64,000 nucleotides of DNA. Origin: a virus. Below the pieces are notes generated by a model. That model had not been told where the DNA came from. It made no database searches and was given only the letters and a program-made list of their open reading frames with translations. The translations under genes and the position numbers were made by a program. The stretch lies in the IMG/VR virus record IMGVR_UViG_3300020599_000003, positions 64,001 through 128,000 of that record; one strand, 5' to 3'. This document shows, one piece after another, positions 55,268 through 62,473 of this stretch; positions within the stretch are counted from its first letter, which is position 1, and each line of letters begins with the position of its first letter.

Positions 55268-55762
55268 TTATAGTCCCGTGGGGCCGTAGAACAGTTGGTC
55301 CTTGAAGGACAGGATCTGACCGCCGAAGCGCTCAGTGGCCTCCTCGGCCCATTCCTTGTGCGTTGCACCCTTCACCATGTTGATGTGGGCATTGTATTCG
55401 AGGAAGCCGTGCTTCCAACCATTGGTGGCGAGGTTACGATGCTGGACCACAGCCTTGGGGAAGTGTAGGATGCACACGATGATATCGCGGCCCTTGTGGT
55501 CGGTCCAGCATTCGAAGTGCCGGATGCGGGCGTACGGAGGGATGTCGCACTCCTCCCACGGACGCCCGGTGGTATTGCTGAACATCACCGTGCAATGCCA
55601 CTCCATGGGAGGGACGAGCTGATCGCGTTCCGGATAGGTGGCAGCAACCTCGATGAGATCGAACATCGCCTCAGGCGTGAGGTGGTAGCAGAAGTATCCG
55701 CCCTCGCGGCCGAGCACGTCGTTGGCGTTGCGGAGCTGATTGTATTCGAGGCTGATAGCCAT
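55268..55762 (-). CDS. acb1: Acb1-like 2H phosphoesterase (anti-CBASS, T4 gp57B family)
   Basis: WHCTVMFS...FECW...IVCIL...HGFLEYNAHINM matches the 57B layout (HST..YS, LEVW, HDFDDYTPHITL). Confidence 0.75.
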   Translation of the reverse strand: MAISLEYNQLRNANDVLGREGGYFCYHLTPEAMFDLIEVAATYPERDQLVPPMEWHCTVMFSNTTGRPWEECDIPPYARIRHFECWTDHKGRDIIVCILHFPKAVVQHRNLATNGWKHGFLEYNAHINMVKGATHKEWAEEATERFGGQILSFKDQLFYGPTGL

Positions 55763-55771
55763 TGGTGTTCC

Positions 55772-56641
55772 TTAGCCGGACATGAACTTGACGAGATCCG
55801 TGGAGATCGTCGTGTAGACAGATTGTACCGACGAGGCGAGGCGATTGCGGGTTTCGCGAGTCAGGTCAGAAACCTTGTCCTGGGGGGCTGTAGACAGATC
55901 GACATCCAACGTCATGAACTCACGCACCAGCGCCTCAGCCAGAGTCTTGAACGCAGGCTGGATGACGCGCTCAACCAGATGCTGAGCAAGCTGACCGCGA
56001 TCGGACTGAGCACGCGCAGAGTTGAGCGTCTCCAGGATCATGGACATCATGCTGTTGATCTGGTATACACCGTGCCGACCGCCTGAGTCGCGTACAGCCT
56101 GTTCAGCGAACGGGATCAGGTCGGTGAGCGTCTGCAGGATGGCCTTGTGTACCGTGTTGGTGGCGCTCTCGAAGTTGCCGTCTTCAAGCAACTTCTGGAT
56201 GGTCTCAACGTTCTTACCGACGATGGAGTTGCTGAGCGTCTCATCGTCGGTGAGGCTGATTCCCTGCCGATTGCGGATCCGGTCCAGATTGCGAGCAACC
56301 TTGGCAACCTTCTTGATGGCCTTCTTGACCGCACGGGGATTCGTCAATGCAGTAGAAGCTGATTTCTTGACCGCCTTCTTGACAGGATGCTGCTGACGGG
56401 GCATGGGCGCTGAGTCAACCTCACCGATGTCGTGAGCGCGGCTGTAGGCAACCTTCTTGACCACCTTCTTCACAGGGCGACTGAATTCGCCAGACAGGTG
56501 TGGAGGGGGCGGGCGCTTTACAGGACGTGGCCCACCTGAAGGAGGGCGTGGGCCTGGGGGGCGAGGACCACCGCTAGAGACACGCCCGTTCTGCACGGGG
56601 CGGCGGGGCTGCCCCTCTCGGTACAGATTGATCGTGGTCAT
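55772..56641 (-). CDS. Hypothetical protein (Pro/Arg/Lys-rich N-terminus, helical C-terminus)
   Basis: 289 aa. Confidence 0.75.
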   Translation of the reverse strand: MTTINLYREGQPRRPVQNGRVSSGGPRPPGPRPPSGGPRPVKRPPPPHLSGEFSRPVKKVVKKVAYSRAHDIGEVDSAPMPRQQHPVKKAVKKSASTALTNPRAVKKAIKKVAKVARNLDRIRNRQGISLTDDETLSNSIVGKNVETIQKLLEDGNFESATNTVHKAILQTLTDLIPFAEQAVRDSGGRHGVYQINSMMSMILETLNSARAQSDRGQLAQHLVERVIQPAFKTLAEALVREFMTLDVDLSTAPQDKVSDLTRETRNRLASSVQSVYTTISTDLVKFMSG

Positions 56642-56647
56642 GAGAGC

Positions 56648-57022
56648 TTAGTACTGATCCCACTGCTGGAAGGTAGGTTCCGGGTATGACGCAGGGGCCG
56701 GCGGAGGCATGTTCGGCATCGTGGCAACGTTCTGCCGGGGTTGCTGAGCCGTCAGCTCGGCCAGCTTCTCGTTGGTGAGGGGCAAGCACACCCGGGATTC
56801 GGGATGCACGGCGACGAACGAAGGATCCATCGAACCATCAGCGTTGCGATAGAAGATGCGGACGATCTTCATGGGCTGACGGGTGACAGGGCAGAGCAGG
56901 TTGTTCACCGTGTCCGCAGACATGTCCACCCCAGCGGACACCGGCTTCGGCTCCGGGCGCTTGCGTGCGGTGAGCGTGTTCTTCGAGGAGTCCCAAGCTT
57001 TGGGTACGCGCAGAGTGGTCAT
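56648..57022 (-). CDS. Hypothetical protein
   Basis: 124 aa from ATG 57022, ATGA-coupled to RuvC; CPVTRQPM...RVCLP. Confidence 0.65.
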   Translation of the reverse strand: MTTLRVPKAWDSSKNTLTARKRPEPKPVSAGVDMSADTVNNLLCPVTRQPMKIVRIFYRNADGSMDPSFVAVHPESRVCLPLTNEKLAELTAQQPRQNVATMPNMPPPAPASYPEPTFQQWDQY

Positions 57023-57576
57023 TTTCGGGCCTTCCGTTTGTGTAGAGGTTCTTGCGAGGTTGCTTCTGTCTGACGGATGATGTCGTCGATGTCGTACTGG
57101 ATCTTGGTGTTCAGACCCTTCTCCAAGCCGTAACATCCTTGGAAGACAGCATCGATCTGGTGCGGGGTCGTCATACATCGCTTGTAGACACCATCCAGCT
57201 TCTCCGTTTGCTTCTGGAGTGGGACCTTCCACGAGGCAGCGGTGATGACCTTCATCGGCATATCGATGAAGTGGATGCACAAGGCCCCTAGCATGATGCC
57301 AACCATCTCGACAGTCGTACCCATCAGGCCGCGAGACTGGAAGCGCTCAGCGATGATGGCTGAAGGGTTGTATTCGTTGACCCATTCCTCGACTTCAACT
57401 AGGAACTGCGACACACCGTCGCGGAAGCGGTCCTTGATGTTGTCGAGAGGGCATTCGAGGATGCCATTGGCTATGACTAGGGGCTTGTTGGATCCTCGGG
57501 GGAGCTCGACAATACCGATGCCGAAGTTGGTCTTCCCAGGGTCCAGCCCGAGTATGCGTCGGGTGGATGTTGCCAT
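57019..57576 (-). CDS. ruvC: RuvC-like Holliday junction resolvase
   Basis: ILGLDPGKTNFG, AIIAERF, TAASWK, PHQIDA. Confidence 0.85.
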   Translation of the reverse strand: MATSTRRILGLDPGKTNFGIGIVELPRGSNKPLVIANGILECPLDNIKDRFRDGVSQFLVEVEEWVNEYNPSAIIAERFQSRGLMGTTVEMVGIMLGALCIHFIDMPMKVITAASWKVPLQKQTEKLDGVYKRCMTTPHQIDAVFQGCYGLEKGLNTKIQYDIDDIIRQTEATSQEPLHKRKARK

Positions 57577-57616
57577 GATCTGGTGGTCGTGAAGCGTTGT
57601 ATGCGCGGGGCGCATC

Positions 57617-57625
57617 ATAAAATTG
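57617..57625 (-). promoter_or_regulatory. Putative phage promoter motif CAATTTTAT
   Basis: Exact copy 41 nt upstream of the RuvC start, after a terminator. Confidence 0.65.
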
Positions 57626-57649
57626 GGCACAGGATCATAGGCACCAACG

Positions 57650-57687
57650 AAAAAGCCTCCCCACAGATCGCTCCATGGAGAGGCTTT
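57650..57687 (-). terminator. Rho-independent terminator
   Basis: Minus strand AAAGCCTCTCCATGGA-GCGA-TCTGTGGGGAGGCTTTTT. Confidence 0.8.
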
Positions 57688-57692
57688 GGGCA

Positions 57693-57863
57693 CTATTCAT
57701 CGTCGCGTTCAATCTTACGCACGACGCTTTCCATGCGCTTCTTACCGATCTTGAAGAGCTTCTTGCGAGCCTTTGCTGGCGGAGCACAGCAGGCACACCT
57801 AAGACCACCGGGACCTACCTGGAAGCCTTTGTACTTGGAAAAGAATCGCTTGTTCTGGATCAT
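57693..57863 (-). CDS. Small basic Cys-containing protein (56 aa; not in ORF track)
   Basis: MIQNKRFFSKYKGFQVGPGGLRCACCAPPAKARKKLFKIGKKRMESVVRKIERDDE; AGGAG RBS. Confidence 0.65.
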   Translation of the reverse strand: MIQNKRFFSKYKGFQVGPGGLRCACCAPPAKARKKLFKIGKKRMESVVRKIERDDE

Positions 57864-57932
57864 GGGTATCTCCTATTAGGATATACGCATGAGTGCCTCC
57901 TTGTAGATAAGTGTGCGTAGGACTGGTGTTGA

Positions 57933-58346
57933 TCAGATGGGCGTGACCCGTTCACCAGCCTTGATGGTGACCACTTCGGTTGCCATGACGTGGAGGGCAC
58001 TGATCTTCGCGTCGCCCTTGGACAGATTGACCGACGGCGGCAGAAGCAGAGCCTTGCCCTGGAAGTTCTTGACGTAGTGGCGACCAGCCAGCTTGAACAC
58101 GGAGTTCTTCGGGACGTCGCTGAACTTCACCACCGACGACGCGCCCAGCTTGGCGACCTCGGAGTCGAGGTCGAACTTGCTGCCTTTGAACACGGCGTTG
58201 CTCTTGCGGGCGGCTGCGGATTTCTTGGTCACGACTTCAGCCGCCTTGGCAACGGTGCGTTTGACATTGACCTTCTTCACGACAGGCTTCTTGGCTTCGG
58301 TCTTGGTAGCCTCGGTGGGGGTCTTCTTGGTTTTGGTTTGCGGCAT
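57933..58346 (-). CDS. Basic Lys/Ala-rich (histone H1-like N-terminus) DNA-binding protein
   Basis: KTEAKKPVVKKVNVKRTVAKAA; strong codon bias. Confidence 0.65.
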   Translation of the reverse strand: MPQTKTKKTPTEATKTEAKKPVVKKVNVKRTVAKAAEVVTKKSAAARKSNAVFKGSKFDLDSEVAKLGASSVVKFSDVPKNSVFKLAGRHYVKNFQGKALLLPPSVNLSKGDAKISALHVMATEVVTIKAGERVTPI

Positions 58347-58377
58347 GTTTGTGATGCTCGTGTGCTTGTGGTTGAGG

Positions 58378-59145
58378 TTACTTGGTCTTGACCCGGTTCA
58401 GCGTGCGCCGCACCGATTCGAGGGTCTTGGGCTTGTTGGCGAGAGCGCCGGACGCGACCCAAAACTCGATTTCCTTGCGCTTGAATCGCTTGCCATTGGT
58501 GCGCAAGCTGTTCAGCGTTTGGACATCGTTCTTGTTGGCGACGCCGATCATCCAGGAGTTGAACTCGCTGGACACTTCGGCAGCATCCGTTGAGGGGTGG
58601 GCCGCCGTGGTCTGCTTGATGGTGCCGGTCCGGCTGGCAATGTAGTCGTCGGACAGATCGGGAGCGCGCTTGATGCGACCTACGTCTTCCGCAGCCAGTT
58701 CCGCGAAGGTCTTGGCTTCGCTGGCATTGCGCTGGCCGTCCATCAGCACCTTCACAGGCGCGTCTTCCAGCGAACGTGCCGACGCGGCTTGCGTGATCTT
58801 GGCTTCACGTTCAGCGATCTCGGCGCGCTCTTCGTCGGCACCCTCGTAGTTGTTCAGGAGTTCGGCGTACTCAGGCGTGATGAACTTGATCAGCTTGTCG
58901 TCGGCGTAGCGACGGAGCAGCGGAGTCTCCAGCAGGTGACGGCGAGGGACGCGATTGGTCAAGCAGTACGGGAGCCACGTAGCCGGTAGCTTGATGTGTT
59001 CGGCCGGGGCATTGGGGATCGGTACGGCCAGGATCAGCTCGCCGATCTGCTTGGTGCGCGGATGGTCGCCGGACGTGTTGATGACCCAGATGGGTTCCTG
59101 GGGATCCTGGCGTTCGACTTCGTTAATAGTCAGCTCTTTTTTCAT
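58378..59145 (-). CDS. Hypothetical protein
   Basis: 255 aa from ATG 59145. Confidence 0.7.
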   Translation of the reverse strand: MKKELTINEVERQDPQEPIWVINTSGDHPRTKQIGELILAVPIPNAPAEHIKLPATWLPYCLTNRVPRRHLLETPLLRRYADDKLIKFITPEYAELLNNYEGADEERAEIAEREAKITQAASARSLEDAPVKVLMDGQRNASEAKTFAELAAEDVGRIKRAPDLSDDYIASRTGTIKQTTAAHPSTDAAEVSSEFNSWMIGVANKNDVQTLNSLRTNGKRFKRKEIEFWVASGALANKPKTLESVRRTLNRVKTK

Positions 59146-59161
59146 AGGTGTGAGGGTCCTC

Positions 59162-59500
59162 TTATTGATTCGTGTAGAGAGTGGTAGTTCCGTCGGATAC
59201 GACAACGAAAGAGCCAGCCGGGAGTATGTTGTTTTGGTCGTACCAGACATCGCTCGCCCAGAAAGTGCCGAGCACTCCCTGACTGAACAGTTCGTACCGT
59301 ACAACTGGATCATATGCCTTTGCGAACCAGTGGTTATCGTCTTTCTGGATGTTCTCCAGGAGAACGCTGCTCAAGATGACGGTGGAACTCGGTCGGATAT
59401 TCAGAGCGATGAAGGACTTGACGTCGTTGAAGTCGCACACGGCATGTTGGTCTTGACTGGCGATGGCCGCTTCGATTTGCTCCTTCGTGAGAATGGTCAT
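59162..59500 (-). CDS. Stand-alone paralog of the major capsid protein A-domain
   Basis: 112 aa; about 20 identities over 45 aligned residues with this phage's MCP (manual alignment). Confidence 0.75.
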   Translation of the reverse strand: MTILTKEQIEAAIASQDQHAVCDFNDVKSFIALNIRPSSTVILSSVLLENIQKDDNHWFAKAYDPVVRYELFSQGVLGTFWASDVWYDQNNILPAGSFVVVSDGTTTLYTNQ

Positions 59501-59796
59501 AGGTTGGATACCTCTTTAAACTTGGATTTGATGGAGTCTGTGATGCGGATGACGACTGCCTCAGAAGGGGGACGCTCCCCAACCAAAGCAGCGATGGTCT
59601 GTGCTGACGGTGGATTGCCGTCGAAGGCGCTGGAGTACTTGCATACTCCAGTCTTCCGGTGCTTCCACGTGCAAGACCCTGAAGGCAGGGGGCATACCGG
59701 CGTGATGAGCTTAGCGTTGATGACGACGCACTTGGTATGGTCCTCACCTTCCGAGGCGGCGGAGACAAGTCCGGCCGCTAGGTTGGCTTGGTTCAT
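59497..59796 (-). CDS. Hypothetical Cys-containing protein
   Basis: 99 aa from ATG 59796; CPLPSGSCTWKHRKTGVCKY. Confidence 0.6.
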   Translation of the reverse strand: MNQANLAAGLVSAASEGEDHTKCVVINAKLITPVCPLPSGSCTWKHRKTGVCKYSSAFDGNPPSAQTIAALVGERPPSEAVVIRITDSIKSKFKEVSNL

Positions 59797-59816
59797 AGAA
59801 TACTTTACTACATTCG

Positions 59817-60521
59817 TTATGTGGAGATCTCTCGCTTGCGAGCTGCTCTGGCATCCAGCATGCGCTGTCGGTATTCGGGATCTTGCCAACGCTTTCTGAT
59901 GAAGTCACTAAAAGCTTTGCGGCGATCAGGATCATCCCAGTCCTTCTTCCTCTGTGCGGAAAGTGCCGCCCGATGTGACGGATCCTGACCGAGCTTCTTC
60001 ATTGACTGGCTCAACGTCTTGCGGTACTCTGGGTCCTGAGCAGCCTCTCTTCGCTTGGATGTCAGACGTGCCCTGTAAGAAGGGTCTTGCCAGAGCTTCT
60101 TGTTGGCGTCGCTGCGTTCCCTTCGTAGTTCTGGATCGGACCATTCAGACTTCCGTACTTCGGACATCTTCTTCCGCGTCGATTCGGAATGACGGAATCC
60201 AGACACCCCTTCGCCTCCAACTGTCAAGTTCGTCAGGCATCCTGTACCATCAACTTCTCTGCCATAGTAGGCAATCCATTCACATTCTAGTTTGAATGCC
60301 TGAGCTTCAGTAAGACTTTCGGCGAGTATCTTGATGCGGATGCGCTTGCCTTCCGCCAGATCCTTCTTGATGATGTTGTTCTTATGCGTGTTGGCACGCA
60401 ACTTGCTTTCTAGGAAGTGCTTCTCTGCGCGGTAGCCTTGGCCCTTACCTATATAGAACGGCTTCTTCTTACGCTCGCGTTACAGGGCGTACACATAGAA
60501 GATTTGCCGATTGGTGCTCAC
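59817..60521 (-). pseudogene. GIY-YIG homing endonuclease with premature TAA at codon 14
   Basis: GTG 60521: STNRQIFYVYAL*RERKKKPFYIGKG...R...LECEWIAYYGREVDGTGCLTNLTVGGEG plus NUMOD3-like SESTRKKMS; TAA at 60480-60482. Confidence 0.8.
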
Positions 60522-60688
60522 TTCGCACCCCGCTTCTTGAGCGACTGGCGGACTGCATCGCAGATGAGCTTGCTGACGGATACGTGAGGACTACCATCAG
60601 CAGAGCTTTTCAACGAGATCATCTTGAGTTGGTTCAGGAGCTTACGCTCGATACTCAAGGAGGTGACGGTGAGTTCAGGCTTCTTCAT
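60518..60688 (-). CDS. Ribbon-helix-helix DNA-binding protein (56 aa; not in ORF track)
   Basis: MKKPELTVTSLSIERKLLNQLKMISLKSSADGSPHVSVSKLICDAVRQSLKKRGAK; GTGA overlap with the endonuclease. Confidence 0.7.
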   Translation of the reverse strand: MKKPELTVTSLSIERKLLNQLKMISLKSSADGSPHVSVSKLICDAVRQSLKKRGAK

Positions 60689-60717
60689 GGCGCTAGTACC
60701 TAGTGGTTAGTAGTGCC

Positions 60718-60726
60718 ATAAAATTG
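60718..60726 (-). promoter_or_regulatory. Putative phage promoter motif CAATTTTAT
   Basis: Exact copy 30 nt upstream of the RHH start. Confidence 0.65.
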
Positions 60727-60738
60727 GGCCTGGTGTGG

Positions 60739-61725
60739 TCAGGCTGCCTTGAGGACAGACTCTCTCAAGCGTAGCAGGGATCCAACCTTATCTACTTCCA
60801 TGCCTGCTGCTATAAAATGCGCTTCGAGAAATTCAGGTATGGATATGCGGATGGCCTCGCCTTGAGCGTGGTCCACATTCATGATCGCCTTGAGGTCCTC
60901 CTTGGTGCGGAAGGAGTTCGTCTGGCGGGTAGTTAGGTGCGCCCAGTCTTCCTGAGTGACGTCAGCACCATCGCTGATGATCAGACGATACAGGATGTGC
61001 GGGCTGGCATCGGCGTTGTCGAGGTCTTCCTTCGACTTGACGATCAACGTGCGGAGCAAAACTGCTGGATCGTGACGTCGTAGTTGGACATTGTAGTCGC
61101 GAGGCGAGTTGAACCGCACGTGAGCGAAGGACTTGTCCTCGCTTTCTCCGTAGCGTGTCTGGTACAGAGTGCCTGGGAAGTACGTGTTGCGCACCCGCTG
61201 AGCCTTGTGGATGTGGCCGATGATGGCGACAGCCTTGGACTCGTCGTCGGACTTGACGGGACGCCCGTTATCGTTGACTGCTCCGGCGACATCGACGTGC
61301 GCAATGTTGAGCGCGTGAGGGTCGAAGCTACGATGCGGGAATGGTAGGAACTGCACCTTGCACCCGTCAATCAGCTTCTTCGTAGGCTTCGTGTAGACTG
61401 AGACGTTGGAGCGACGTGCCTGCATCAGCAACTGAAGGCTGTGACCTGCGGCAGGGTCGTCCCCATACATGTCGTGGTTCCCGAGGATGAAGTGGAAATG
61501 CAGCGAAGGGAACTCATCAAGCAGGCCCAGGAGGGCGATGTGCGACTCGTAGGACATGCGTGGCTTGCTGCATGTGTCACCGAGCATGAAGACGTGCTGG
61601 ATGCCGCGCTCGACTGCATAGTTGCACGGACCTCGTAGTTCATTGGTCACGAAGCTGGGACCATCCTCGACGAGGTTGAAGATGTTCCCATCGTAGTGGG
61701 CATCGCCTAATGCAATGGCTTCCAC
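60739..61725 (-). CDS. Calcineurin-like metallophosphoesterase (SbcD/Mre11/gp47-like nuclease)
   Basis: GDAH, LGDT, ILGNHD, GHIH motifs; probable GTG start at 61725 (frame open to 61815). Confidence 0.88.
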   Translation of the reverse strand: MEAIALGDAHYDGNIFNLVEDGPSFVTNELRGPCNYAVERGIQHVFMLGDTCSKPRMSYESHIALLGLLDEFPSLHFHFILGNHDMYGDDPAAGHSLQLLMQARRSNVSVYTKPTKKLIDGCKVQFLPFPHRSFDPHALNIAHVDVAGAVNDNGRPVKSDDESKAVAIIGHIHKAQRVRNTYFPGTLYQTRYGESEDKSFAHVRFNSPRDYNVQLRRHDPAVLLRTLIVKSKEDLDNADASPHILYRLIISDGADVTQEDWAHLTTRQTNSFRTKEDLKAIMNVDHAQGEAIRISIPEFLEAHFIAAGMEVDKVGSLLRLRESVLKAA

Positions 61726-61739
61726 GTTGCTACCTGTTA

Positions 61740-61993
61740 GATGAGGCGCTACCAAAGAGTACAGCGCCGGGTTGGGGTTGGGGAAGAGGACCACGCTGAT
61801 GATCGGGAAGTCCATCTCTTCGTTCGACTAGAGCTTCTCACCGTCGACTAGGACGGAACCTTGATCCAACCAGCGTTGGAGCTCACTGCGGCTGGCGGGG
61901 CTTGACCTCGCGCTTCTCCGCCTTGGTGTCCACTTCGATAGTGATGAAGTTGCAGACCTTGTGGAGGTCTGCCAGCCAGTCACGCGCTTTCAT
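61740..61993 (-). pseudogene. Degraded small gene (S4-like RNA-binding family), with frameshift and TAG
   Basis: MKARDWL...VKP; removing one base in the 61897-61900 run gives ASRSELQRWLDQGSVLVDGEKL*SNEEMDFPIISVVLFP; TAG at 61828-61830. Confidence 0.5.
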
Positions 61994-62189
61994 GCTCACG
62001 CTCCGGTAGTGATTGTGGCTTGCCGAACACTTGCTCCATCTCGGCGGATGATCTTATGATGCGAGGGCTACGTGGTAGCGTACTCACGTCGGCCTCTCGG
62101 GCCACCACATATGATGGAACATATTTACGCCGCTTGATGCGGCGAGCAATGAGCGAGATGAACTCAGCTATCAGGCGAAAGAGGTCCAT
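61980..62189 (-). CDS. Hypothetical small protein (possible sheath N-terminal-like motif)
   Basis: 69 aa; AAGGAGG RBS. Confidence 0.6.
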   Translation of the reverse strand: MDLFRLIAEFISLIARRIKRRKYVPSYVVAREADVSTLPRSPRIIRSSAEMEQVFGKPQSLPEREHESA

Positions 62190-62473
62190 TCTTGGCCTCC
62201 TTAGTTTGAGGGACTATCACAGATGACGATGTCGCAAACATCCCGACGCAGATCACGGCCGTAGTACTCGCCAGCGAGGAGCTCGCGTTCGTCGAAGATG
62301 CTGGCACGGTGCCAGAGCCCCCATCCACCACATCGGGTGCAGATGACCGTACCGTGGCCGAAGGTGGACTTGCGCGGAATGTCTGCAAGGTCGCGCAGAT
62401 GGCGACGCAGGGGCTGTCGGGGCGTTCCATTAGCGGCGACGCTGAGTCCGCCACCATTCGCAGGTCTTCCATG

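Noticed and set aside
10214-55289. Long plus-strand ORFs (e.g. 10214-11182, 12033-13463, 15604-17232, 17440-19089, 31943-33331, 53400-55289)
   Set aside because: They are antisense shadows of strongly codon-biased minus-strand genes in GC-rich DNA, with no RBS, motifs or protein-like composition.
55772-56641. Small terminase call for the 289-aa gene near portal
   Set aside because: Only position supports it; no recognisable HTH or family motif, so it was left hypothetical.
60480-61830. Stop-codon reassignment suggested by in-frame stops
   Set aside because: The two stops are different codons (TAA and TAG) and accompany frameshifts. TAG, TAA and TGA all end intact genes elsewhere, e.g. TAG at 5040 directly before a terminator.
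62164-62472. DUF1289-like start (ERPDSPCVAIC)
   Set aside because: The following CxGCxR and W motifs are missing, and another frame looks more protein-like.
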